A program made the translations under genes and the position numbers. This document shows positions 1-8,268 of a stretch of 64,000 bases of DNA, in pieces. This DNA is from Gammaproteobacteria bacterium (GTDB lineage Bacteria > Pseudomonadota > Gammaproteobacteria > Ga0077536), in assembly GCA_030429865.1 (NCBI GenBank), contig JAUIFX010000001.1, forward strand, positions 2,190 through 66,189. Direction: 5' to 3'. Each line of letters starts with the position of its first letter. The stretch's first letter is position 1. The notes below the pieces were generated by a model. It made no database searches. It was not told where the DNA came from and saw nothing but the letters and a program-made list of their open reading frames with translations.

Positions 1-1437
1 CTTGACCGCGGCGATGATCGCCGCCGCGTCGAGCGCCCCCCCCGGGCTGAGCACGACCACGGCCTTGATCGACTCGCCCCAACGCTCGTCCGGCACGCCG
101 ATCACGGCGCATTCCAGGACCCCGGGCAGGGCCAGGATCGGCGCCTCGACTTCGGTCGCGAAGACGTTGAAGCCGCCGGTGATGATCATGTCCTTCTTGC
201 GGTCGACGATGTAGAGATAGTCGTCTTCGTCGAGGTAGCCGATGTCACCGGTATGGTGCCAGCCGAACTTGCGTGCCTCGGCGGTCGCCTCGGGACGCTC
301 GAAGTAACCCCGGGTGACGAGCGGGCCACGGCAGCAGATCTCACCCCGCTCGCCGCGCGGCAGGGGACGGCCATCGTCGTCGAGGATCGCGACCTGCGTG
401 CACGAAGTGACCTTGCCGCAGCTCTGCAGGCGTTCGACATGCTCGCCGGCGGCGGCCCGCGCGACGACCTCGGGAGCGAGCATCGAGATCAGCATCGGCG
501 CCTCGGCCTGTCCGTAGCACTGGCAGATGACGGGGCCGAAGACTTCGACGCCGCGGCGGAACTTGTCGGGCGAGACCGGCGCGGCCGCGATGAGGACCTG
601 GCGCAGGCTGGAGGTGTCGTACTCGCCGGCGCGCGGATGATCGAGCAGCGCGTAGTAGGCGGTCGGCGGCAGGAAGATGTGCGTCACGCGATGTCGCTCG
701 ATCGCTTCGAGTACCGCACCGGCATCGAAGCCCTGGTGCACCACGGTGGTCCCGCCAACGCTGGCGAAGATGCCGATGATGACGCCCGCGGCGTGCGTGA
801 TCGGGGCGACCGCGAGGTGCACGATGTCGTCTTCGTGGCCGGCGACGTAGTGCGTGAGGCCGAGTTCGAACATCGCCACGATGTTGGCATTGGTCATCTC
901 CACGCCCTTGGACGGCCCGGTCGTACCACCGGTCGGCCAACGCGAGAAGACCACTTCCGGCGCCCCGAACGGGTCCGACCAGTCGGGCAGCGCGGTCGCG
1001 GTGCCGGCCGCACAGAATTCCTCCAGCGCCGGCACCCCGGCCACCTCGCCGCCGAAGCACACGGCACCCTTGAGTTCCGGCAAGGCGTTCATCACCTCGG
1101 CCACCTCGTCGGCGACGTCGGCATGGAAGAACAACCAGCGCGTCCGCACGTAGGCCATGTACTCGGCGTTGCCGGCCGCCGAGTTGCGCACGTTGACCGG
1201 CACCCAGGCACCACCGGCCCGCATTGCCGCGAACACGCAGATCACGGCGGTGGCATGGTTGGGCGAGTAGACGGCGATGGAATCGCCCTGCTCGAAGCCG
1301 GCGGCGTACAGGCCCTGGGCGACACTTTCGATGAGGACATCGGCGGCCGCGAAGTCGTAACTGACGTCCTCGCCGACCAGGAACGGGCGGTGCGGCGCGC
1401 GCCGCGCCCCGCGGTCGAAATAGTCGATCGGTCGCAT
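1..1437 (-). CDS. AMP-dependent synthetase/ligase (acyl-CoA synthetase family), partial; C-terminus runs off the window
   Basis: The minus-strand frame from ATG (complement of 1435-1437) reads MRPIDYFDRG... and contains the AMP-binding signature WPTGGTTGPSKG, YGQAEA, and GWHHTGDIGYLDEDDYLYIVDRKKDMIITGGFNV. A GAGGGGA Shine-Dalgarno-like sequence lies 6 nt upstream. No stop before position 1. Confidence 0.85.
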   Translation of the reverse strand, partial: MRPIDYFDRGARRAPHRPFLVGEDVSYDFAAADVLIESVAQGLYAAGFEQGDSIAVYSPNHATAVICVFAAMRAGGAWVPVNVRNSAAGNAEYMAYVRTRWLFFHADVADEVAEVMNALPELKGAVCFGGEVAGVPALEEFCAAGTATALPDWSDPFGAPEVVFSRWPTGGTTGPSKGVEMTNANIVAMFELGLTHYVAGHEDDIVHLAVAPITHAAGVIIGIFASVGGTTVVHQGFDAGAVLEAIERHRVTHIFLPPTAYYALLDHPRAGEYDTSSLRQVLIAAAPVSPDKFRRGVEVFGPVICQCYGQAEAPMLISMLAPEVVARAAAGEHVERLQSCGKVTSCTQVAILDDDGRPLPRGERGEICCRGPLVTRGYFERPEATAEARKFGWHHTGDIGYLDEDDYLYIVDRKKDMIITGGFNVFATEVEAPILALPGVLECAVIGVPDERWGESIKAVVVLSPGGALDAAAIIAAVK

Positions 1438-1448
1438 GGTGTTCCCCT

Positions 1449-1471
1449 CGTGTTGCGTGTTGCGTGTTGCG
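1449..1471. repeat. Tandem heptamer (TGTTGCG x3; CGCAACA on the coding strand) in the 5' leader of the acyl-CoA synthetase gene
   Basis: Direct reading: cgtgttgcgtgttgcgtgttgcgcgcg, immediately upstream of the SD/ATG of the minus-strand gene. Confidence 0.6.
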
Positions 1472-1593
1472 CGCGGCACGCGCGGCAGGGCTCATGCTCT
1501 ACGCTGCGGCAGGCCGGGGCAAGCATGCCGTCGATGACGGCGCGCCCGCGCTTGCATTACGCTTGTCATCTCGCGAAACATCGGGGAGATACC

Positions 1594-1986
1594 ATGGGAA
1601 CCGCAGAGAACAAGGCACTGGTCACGCGCTTCTGGGAGACCTTCTCGGCCGGGCGCTACGACGAGGCGGTCGCCATGCTGAGCGACGACGCCACCTGGTG
1701 GGTCGCCGGCAGTACCGACCTGTCCGGCACTTACAGCAAGAGCGAGTTCGCCGCCCTGCTCGGCCAGGTCACCGCGTCCGCACCGGGCGGCATCCGCGTC
1801 ACGCCGAAGCTGCTCACCGCCGAGGACGACCGGGTCTCGGTCGAGGCCGAATCGCATGCCGAGATCAGCAACGGCAAGACCTACCGGAACATCTACCATT
1901 TCATGATGATCGTGCGCGACGGCAAGATCGGCGCGGTGCGCGAGTACCTCGACACCGAGCATGTCACCGAGGTCTTCGGCAGCTGA
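1594..1986 (+). CDS. SnoaL-like / NTF2-fold protein (ketosteroid isomerase-like)
   Basis: 130 aa: MGTAENKALVTRFWETFSAGRYDEAVAMLSDDATWWVAGS...REYLDTEHVTEVFGS, typical SnoaL_2 pattern. Internal ATG within a longer track ORF (253..1986) whose upstream part is R/G-rich shadow sequence. Confidence 0.65.
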   Translation: MGTAENKALVTRFWETFSAGRYDEAVAMLSDDATWWVAGSTDLSGTYSKSEFAALLGQVTASAPGGIRVTPKLLTAEDDRVSVEAESHAEISNGKTYRNIYHFMMIVRDGKIGAVREYLDTEHVTEVFGS

Positions 1987-2096
1987 ATCGCCGGGGATGG
2001 GGCGGCCGGCAACGAGGTGGCGCGTTCGCTGCCCACGCCCGCATGGTTTGATCGAGGTCATACCAGTGGCCGTCCGCGTCCGCTAGCGTCTCGACG

Positions 2097-2564
2097 ATGC
2101 ACCACCGTCTCCGCCCCTCCGCCGGCATCACGCTCCTCGTCCTGCTTGCCTGTGCCGCGCTCGGCGCCTGCCGCGCGGCACCGCCCGGCCCGGGCCCCGA
2201 GGCGTCGACGCCGCTGCATTACAGCGAGCGTCTGCGCAGCCTCATGCAACGCATGAATGCGCTCCTCTACGAACGTAACCAGACCGAGCTCGAGGTCGAC
2301 AAGGAGCGCCTCGAGCGCGCGCGCGAACTCGCCACGGCGGCTGCGACGCTGGCGCGCGAGGTCGGCGGCGAGGGCCTCGCCGCGAGTACCGGCGAGCCCG
2401 CGCGCGAGGCGTTCGCGGGCCTCGCCCAGGAACTCGCCGCCGCGGCGGCGGAACTCGATGCGCTCGCTGCGGCGCGCCGCTATTCCGCACTCTCACCGCA
2501 GATGGAACGCGTCGCGCACGTCTGTGCCACCTGCCATCTGCGCTTTCGCGACCGCAGCCCGTGA
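2097..2564 (+). CDS. Class II c-type cytochrome (cytochrome c'-like), secreted or lipoprotein
   Basis: N-terminal signal with LLACAALGAC lipobox-like sequence, helical body, single C-terminal CXXCH heme motif (CATCH) as in cytochrome c'/c556. GTGA overlap with the downstream porin gene. Confidence 0.5.
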   Translation: MHHRLRPSAGITLLVLLACAALGACRAAPPGPGPEASTPLHYSERLRSLMQRMNALLYERNQTELEVDKERLERARELATAAATLAREVGGEGLAASTGEPAREAFAGLAQELAAAAAELDALAAARRYSALSPQMERVAHVCATCHLRFRDRSP

Positions 2565-3925
2565 AGGCGCTGCGCACGTGCGCGGCCGCCGTATGCAGCG
2601 TGGCGTTCGCGCCGGTAGTCGCCGCCCAGGCCGACGCCGCCGCCGAACTGGCCGCGCTGAAAGCCGAGATCGCGCGGCTGTCGGCGCGCGTGGCCGAGCT
2701 CGAGGAACGTATCGCCGCGCCGGTGGAAGCCGGCACGGCACCGGACGCGGTCGCGGTGGCCGCACCCGCCGCAGCCGGGCAGGGCGACGACCTCGCCGCG
2801 ACGGCGCCGCCAGCGGCCGCTCGCGCACCGGCCAGCGCCGACGTGGCGGCGCTGCCCCGTGGACCGCGCGTGAGCGTCGGCGGCCGGGTCAAGCTCGATG
2901 TCGTGTTCAGCGATACCAGCCGCGGCAGCGGCGCGATCGGCGACACCCTGCTCGCCCCCGGTGCCATTGCGCTCGATGCGACGGGTGAGAGCGACCAGCT
3001 CGACTGGTCCGCGCGCGCCTCGCGGCTGTGGTTGAAGAGCTGGCAGACCACGCCATGGGGCGATGCCGGCGCCTACCTCGAACTCGACCTGCTCGGCAGC
3101 GGCGGCGATCAGCGCGTGAGCAACGGCTACGGCGCACGTCTGCGCCATGGTTATGGCGAGCTCGGCGGGCTGCTGTTCGGCCAGACCTACAGTACCTTCG
3201 TCGATGTCGGGGCCCTGCCGGAACTCAACGACGACGGCATCAGCGCCGGCAGTCTGAACGTGCGCCAGCCCATGCTGCGCTACCAGCACGCGGTCGGCGG
3301 CGGCGCCATGCAACTCGCACTCGAGGCGCCGGAGACGACCCTGACCGCGGCCGACGGCAGGCGGCTGTCGCCGGACGACGACCGCGTGCCGGACGTGGTG
3401 GTGCGCTATCAGCGCGACAACGCTTTCGGCCAGTGGTCACTGGCGGCGATGGTGCGCGAACTGCGCATCGACGACGGCCCCGCCGGTGCCGGGGACAGCG
3501 CCGTCGGCGCCGCCGCCAGCCTGTCGGGGACGCTTCGCTTGGGCGTGCGCGACGGCCTGCGCTTTACCGGCGTCGGCGGCAACGCGGTGGGGCGCTATCT
3601 CGCCTTCAACGCGTTTGACGGCGGCCGCCTCGACGCCCGCGGCAACATCACCCTGACCCCGATGGCCGGCGGCATGCTGTCCTGGCAACACCTGTGGGAC
3701 GAACACTGGCGGTCGAATCTCACCACCGGCTACGCCTGGGCCGATGACGACGGCGCCCATGGCAGCAGCAACGAATCGCTCTACACCGTGCACGCGAACC
3801 TGCTGTGGAGCCCGGTGGCGCACACGACGCTCGGACTGGAATGGATCCATGCCTACCGGCGTCTTGTCGACGGCCGGACGGGCAGCCTGCAACGGCTGCA
3901 GTTCAGCGCGGTCCACAAATTCTAG
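2561..3925 (+). CDS. DcaP-like outer-membrane porin (N-terminal coiled coil plus beta-barrel)
   Basis: Signal peptide (AFAPVVAAQA), coiled-coil segment ELAALKAEIARLSARVAELEERIA, Gly/aromatic-rich barrel body, C-terminal ...LQFSAVHKF ending in Phe. Confidence 0.55.
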   Translation: MKALRTCAAAVCSVAFAPVVAAQADAAAELAALKAEIARLSARVAELEERIAAPVEAGTAPDAVAVAAPAAAGQGDDLAATAPPAAARAPASADVAALPRGPRVSVGGRVKLDVVFSDTSRGSGAIGDTLLAPGAIALDATGESDQLDWSARASRLWLKSWQTTPWGDAGAYLELDLLGSGGDQRVSNGYGARLRHGYGELGGLLFGQTYSTFVDVGALPELNDDGISAGSLNVRQPMLRYQHAVGGGAMQLALEAPETTLTAADGRRLSPDDDRVPDVVVRYQRDNAFGQWSLAAMVRELRIDDGPAGAGDSAVGAAASLSGTLRLGVRDGLRFTGVGGNAVGRYLAFNAFDGGRLDARGNITLTPMAGGMLSWQHLWDEHWRSNLTTGYAWADDDGAHGSSNESLYTVHANLLWSPVAHTTLGLEWIHAYRRLVDGRTGSLQRLQFSAVHKF

Positions 3926-3974
3926 GCGCCGTGCGGAGGCCGGCGGTGGCGCCGTGCGGCGCGCCGCGGCCGCC

Positions 3975-4310
3975 TCACCCGGCGAGCTGCAGGTAACCGC
4001 GCTGCAACGCGTGCTCGAGCGCGGCGAAGCCCTCCAACGCTTCGTTGTAGGCCTCGCGCAGGCGCTTGAGTTCGAGCGCGACCTCGGTCTCGATACAGGC
4101 GTCGGGGCAATCCGCACCCAGTTCCAGGACACGGTGCAGGTAGCGCGCCCGCAGGCAGGCGACCATGCGCGCGACCTCGATGAAGCGCGCCTTGGTCACG
4201 GCACCGGTGACGCTGCCGATCTGCTCACAGTTGATGGTCTTGATGGCGTGCTCGAGTTCGTAGTGGAGCCGTCTGTTGTCGTGTTCGTCGCGTACCGCGG
4301 ACATGCGCAA
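3975..4310 (-). CDS. Hypothetical protein (111 aa)
   Basis: Non-repetitive, balanced composition (MRMSAVRDEHDNRRLHYELEHAIKTINCEQIG...), unlike the R-rich shadow ORFs. No family recognised. Confidence 0.4.
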   Translation of the reverse strand: MRMSAVRDEHDNRRLHYELEHAIKTINCEQIGSVTGAVTKARFIEVARMVACLRARYLHRVLELGADCPDACIETEVALELKRLREAYNEALEGFAALEHALQRGYLQLAG

Positions 4311-4434
4311 CTCCAGGGACTGCGCCCGGTGGGATGGTCGTACCCGGGTTAGCGGCCATTCGCGGCAGATCTTAAGGCCGCGCGGCCACGGCGCAACCGT
4401 GGGCGCGAGTGGCGTTGCCGCGCCGCGGATCGGC

Positions 4435-5031
4435 TCAGTCGTTGGTGGCGCGCGCGGCGTCCACGGCGTCCGGACGTTCGAGTCTCAGCGCCGAGACGTC
4501 GAAGCCCTGGCCACGGGCAACGTCGAGCAACCGCTCGTAGGTTTCGCGCGGGATGCGCGGGGTCCGCGCGAGCACCCACAGGTAGTCGCGGTCCGGCGCG
4601 CCGACCAGCACGGCGCTGTAGTCGGGCTCGAGGGCGAGGATCCAGTAATCGCCCCACACGAAGGGCAGGAAACCGAGCCAGGCCGGCGCAAAGCGCACCT
4701 CGAGACGCGCCGGGTCGTCGTACTCGGCGTTGAGACGGGCGACGCCTTCGGCGCGCTGTAGCGTGCCGCCCTCGTCACGGCAGGCATTGACCACGCGCAC
4801 GCGGCCATCGGGCAGCGGCGAGTACGTTGCCGTGGTTTCGGCCTCGCACATCGCCTGGAAGCGATTGGGCAGCAGCGCGATCTGGTGCCAGCGGCCCATG
4901 TAACGATCGAGATCGACGTCTTCGACCGTTTCGAGCGCAGCTGCCGCACCGCCGGCCGCAGCCGTGACGACCGAGAACAGCGCCATGAGCAGGGCGCACA
5001 GCGGGACCGCCGTGCGCGCCATGTCGCTCAT
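4435..5031 (-). CDS. blc: Bacterial lipocalin (Blc-like) outer-membrane lipoprotein
   Basis: 198 aa from MSDMARTAVPLCALL... (lipoprotein-type signal) with lipocalin core DLDRYMGRWHQIALLPNRFQ...GDYWILALEPDYSAVLVG...YLWVLARTP. ATG overlaps the stop of the upstream AOR gene (ATGA). The upstream 460 aa of the 658-aa track ORF is R-rich shadow. Confidence 0.75.
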   Translation of the reverse strand: MSDMARTAVPLCALLMALFSVVTAAAGGAAAALETVEDVDLDRYMGRWHQIALLPNRFQAMCEAETTATYSPLPDGRVRVVNACRDEGGTLQRAEGVARLNAEYDDPARLEVRFAPAWLGFLPFVWGDYWILALEPDYSAVLVGAPDRDYLWVLARTPRIPRETYERLLDVARGQGFDVSALRLERPDAVDAARATND

Positions 5032-6749
5032 GCGACGTGCTGCTGCCACCAGCGCCGCACCGAAGCGTTGACCTCGGCGGCGTGGAAGCGGGCCACCTTG
5101 TTGCTCGGTTCGAGGGCTTCCTCGTAGAAGAACTCGGGCAGCTCGTCGTCGGCCTCGGTAAAGCCGGCGTCCGCGTTGAACTGCGCCTCGAAGCGCAAGG
5201 TCTCGCGGCCCAGCTCGTAGAAGAAGGATGGTTCGAGCGACGTGCCCAGCGCATCGTTGAGCAAACCGACGATCATCTCGATGTTGGTGTTGGTCACCGA
5301 GCGGCCGAACACGCACAAGCCCAGCGAGTCGGCGGTCGCGCACACGGTCTGCATTTCCATGCTGACATCGACCAGCTCGTCGATGTCCTTGCCACTGCAC
5401 TCGTACTTGGCCGCGTTGCCGGTCGTGTGGTCGGCGCCCTGCGCGGTCACCATCATCGAAATGCCGGTGACCTCGATCACCCGCGGGTCGTAGGCGCTGA
5501 TGCCCTGGCGCTTGATGACCGGGGTACGCTTGACGCCGTAGTGCTCGCCGACGTGTGCCGTGCCGCACGCCCACAGGCGCCCCTGCTCGGAGCCGGCACG
5601 GATTTCGTCCAGCACCCCGGTCAGGAAAGCCACGTCGCCGAACCCGGCGAGACCGGCATCGAGCAGCACCCCCATCATCGCCCCGGTCTCGATGGTATCG
5701 ATGCCGAGGTCGTTGGCGTGCCAGTTGAGGCGTGCCAGGTCGTCGGGGTCGGTGAGACCGCAGTTCGTGCCCATCAGTCCCAGCGTCTCGTACTCGACCG
5801 GCGAGGCGATCTCCTCGCCCTGCTCGTCGACGTAGACGTTGGAGCATTCGATCATGCAGCCCGGCATGCAGGCGTGCGACGTCGTACCGCCGCGCGACAG
5901 ATTGCGTTCGCGGATGTGCTCGCCGCCCATCTTGAGCACCGCGCCGGCACCGCGCACCTGGGCGCCGGACGTGAAGTTGTTCACCGGCAGGCCGCCGACG
6001 TGGTTGGTGTAATCGGCCATCATCGCCGTGCCGTAGTCGCGCAGCGCGCCTACGGCCTCGTCGGCGCGCAGCTTCGCGCCGTATTCCTTGATGCCCTTGA
6101 GCAGCTTCTTGCGATCGTGGAAGGTCGGCATACGGTCCAGATCGACCACCACCGCCTTGACCTTCTTCGCGCCCATCACGGCGCCCACGCCGCCGCGCGC
6201 GGCGAGGCGCGTCGGCCGCTTGTCGGTATCGCTCATCGAGATGCCGGCAAGCAGGCCGCCGTACTCGCCGACCGGTCCGCAAATCGCCAGGCTGACCTTC
6301 TGCCCGTACTTCTCGTGCAGCATCGCCGCGGTCTCGAACGTACCCTTGCCGAGGTACTCGCTGCCGCTGTCCCACTCGATGCGCCCATCCTTGCACAGGT
6401 GAATGACGCACCAGTCCTCGGCGGCGCCGTAGAGCGTGAAGCCGGCGATCTCGAGCTGGCCCAACGCGAGGCCGAAGGAACCGCCGGCATTGGATTCCTT
6501 GACGCCGCCGGTGAGCGGGCTCTTGCAGCCGACGCTGGTGCGGTTGGCGTTGGAGAAATTACTGCCGGCAAACGGGCCGGCCGAAAAAATCAGCGGGTTG
6601 TCGGGACCCAGCGGGTCGACCTTGGCCGCGCCCAGCTCGTTGAGCGTCTTGGCGATGAAGTAACGCCCGGCACGCGCGATCTGCTCGCCGGAAAAAGTTT
6701 CCTCGCGAACGCTGCGCTGGGCGAGATCGATGTGGAAATACTTGCGCAT
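5028..6749 (-). CDS. Aldehyde:ferredoxin oxidoreductase family (tungsten/molybdopterin enzyme)
   Basis: 573 aa: MRKYFHIDLAQRSVREETF..., AOR N-terminal and catalytic-domain features including an iron-sulfur Cys cluster region (CMPGCMIECSNVYVD). Confidence 0.85.
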   Translation of the reverse strand: MRKYFHIDLAQRSVREETFSGEQIARAGRYFIAKTLNELGAAKVDPLGPDNPLIFSAGPFAGSNFSNANRTSVGCKSPLTGGVKESNAGGSFGLALGQLEIAGFTLYGAAEDWCVIHLCKDGRIEWDSGSEYLGKGTFETAAMLHEKYGQKVSLAICGPVGEYGGLLAGISMSDTDKRPTRLAARGGVGAVMGAKKVKAVVVDLDRMPTFHDRKKLLKGIKEYGAKLRADEAVGALRDYGTAMMADYTNHVGGLPVNNFTSGAQVRGAGAVLKMGGEHIRERNLSRGGTTSHACMPGCMIECSNVYVDEQGEEIASPVEYETLGLMGTNCGLTDPDDLARLNWHANDLGIDTIETGAMMGVLLDAGLAGFGDVAFLTGVLDEIRAGSEQGRLWACGTAHVGEHYGVKRTPVIKRQGISAYDPRVIEVTGISMMVTAQGADHTTGNAAKYECSGKDIDELVDVSMEMQTVCATADSLGLCVFGRSVTNTNIEMIVGLLNDALGTSLEPSFFYELGRETLRFEAQFNADAGFTEADDELPEFFYEEALEPSNKVARFHAAEVNASVRRWWQQHVA

Positions 6750-6915
6750 GACGTGTCCTTCCTGCGGCTGTTTCGCATGGCTCAGATGACGCGATTATAC
6801 CGGCCGCGGGGCATGCCGAGGGCATTTCCACAACACATGCACGGGTAACGCGCGGCGCCCGGCACGATCGGGTAGCATCGGGTTCCCGCCCAGGGATCGA
6901 CGAGGCTCAAGCCCC

Positions 6916-7785
6916 ATGAACACGGCCCACCCGGCTCCGAGCGAGCTGCCGGCATGGCTCTATTGGCAGGAAGCGGCGCCGATAGACAGCGTCGAAGCGC
7001 CCACGCGCGAAGCCTTCGTCGAGCGCTGGGGCGCGCCCGGCCTGCCGGTCAAGCTCGGCGGCCTGACCGACGCGTGGCCCGCCCGTGAACGCTGGTCGGT
7101 GGCCTTCTTCCGTCGCGAGCACGGCGCCTGTGACGTCACCGTCGAGGCGCGCGCTGCCGCCGGCGGTACGCGCAGTGTACGCCTCGCCGATTACCTGGCG
7201 ACACTCGACGGGCCGACGGGAAACGAGGCCTGGTACCTGAAGGACTGGGTCTTCCGCGAGCAGGCGCCGGCCCTCGCCGACGACTACCGCGTACCCGCCC
7301 AATTCCCGGACTATTTCGCCGAACTCGAGCCGGCGCTGCGCCCCGGTTACAGCTGGATCTACATCGGCCCCCGGGACTCCGCATCCAACTTCCACCGCGA
7401 CGTCGCCGGCACCAGCGCGTGGAACGCGCTGATCCGCGGCCGCAAGCTGTGGCTGTTCTTTGCGCCCGACGAACACGCCGCGGCCTACGACAACTCGCTC
7501 GACGCGTTCGTACGCGACCGCAGCCCGGATCCACGCCTCGCTGCGCGACGACCGCTCTACTGCATCCAGGAACCGGGCGAGATCGTATTCACACCGTCGC
7601 TGTGGTGGCACCAGGTCTACAATCTCGAGACGTCGATCGCCGTGACCGAGAACTTTGCCGACGACTGCAATCTCAAGCACGTGCTGCGCGGCTTGCGCGA
7701 GCGTCCCGAGGGCCGCCATACGGCACTTGCGCTGGCGCTGCTGGTCGGCTGCCGCCGCCCGCGCCCGATTGGAGCGCGGCAGTGA
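6916..7785 (+). CDS. JmjC/cupin-4-like hydroxylase-fold protein
   Basis: 289 aa with ...SWIYIGPRDSASNFHRDVAGTSAWNALIRGRKLWLFF...FTPSLWWHQVYNLETSIAVTENF, characteristic of the JmjC/cupin fold. Confidence 0.6.
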   Translation: MNTAHPAPSELPAWLYWQEAAPIDSVEAPTREAFVERWGAPGLPVKLGGLTDAWPARERWSVAFFRREHGACDVTVEARAAAGGTRSVRLADYLATLDGPTGNEAWYLKDWVFREQAPALADDYRVPAQFPDYFAELEPALRPGYSWIYIGPRDSASNFHRDVAGTSAWNALIRGRKLWLFFAPDEHAAAYDNSLDAFVRDRSPDPRLAARRPLYCIQEPGEIVFTPSLWWHQVYNLETSIAVTENFADDCNLKHVLRGLRERPEGRHTALALALLVGCRRPRPIGARQ

Positions 7786-7838
7786 CCTGTGGCAGCATGA
7801 GCGCCGTGTCGCCTCCGGCACGCGACGAGTAACCGCCT

Positions 7839-8210
7839 GTGAGCAATTCCAACGACGATGACCGCACGGTCGTGGTGAACCCGGCCTCGCTGCCGCCGCG
7901 CGTGCCCGATGAGGATGACGACGCCACGCCGTCCGATCGCACCGTCATCATGAAACCGTCGCAGCGCGCGCGCGAGGCGGCCGCGGCGCTCAATGCCGAA
8001 CGCCGCCGGCAGGAAAAGGCGAGCGCGGCAGAAGCGGCGGGCGAGGCCGTCGACTTCGACGTCACCCAGGGCATCGTCGCCGAAACGCCGGACGACGCCG
8101 TCGCGCCGCCGCGGGCGGCGGGCGGCAAGGGCATGCCCTGGGTGTTCGGATTCGTCGTCGGCGCGGTCGTCATGATCGGCGTCATCGTCGCCGTGCTCGC
8201 ACTGCTCTGA
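7839..8210 (+). CDS. Hypothetical acidic protein with C-terminal transmembrane anchor
   Basis: GTG start; Asp/Glu-rich N-terminus; single C-terminal hydrophobic helix WVFGFVVGAVVMIGVIVAVLALL. Start codon uncertain. Confidence 0.35.
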   Translation: MSNSNDDDRTVVVNPASLPPRVPDEDDDATPSDRTVIMKPSQRAREAAAALNAERRRQEKASAAEAAGEAVDFDVTQGIVAETPDDAVAPPRAAGGKGMPWVFGFVVGAVVMIGVIVAVLALL

Positions 8211-8268
8211 ACACGCGCTCGCGACGACGGCCGGGCCACGCGGCATCCCGGGCGCACCTGCCGGTCCG

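Noticed and set aside
341-1495. 384-aa minus-strand ORF (and the overlapping 253..1986 plus-strand 577-aa ORF)
   Set aside because: Extremely Arg/Gly/Ala-rich, low-complexity translation, and in the region where the acyl-CoA synthetase runs on the minus strand in another frame (the minus ORF overlaps it in a different frame; the plus ORF is antisense to it, and only its last 130 aa are the real SnoaL gene). These are typical GC-rich shadow ORFs.
4435-6411. Full 658-aa extent of the lipocalin ORF
   Set aside because: Only the last 198 aa form the lipocalin; the upstream 460 aa are R-rich and overlap the AOR gene in another frame. The ATGA junction with AOR supports the internal start at 5031.
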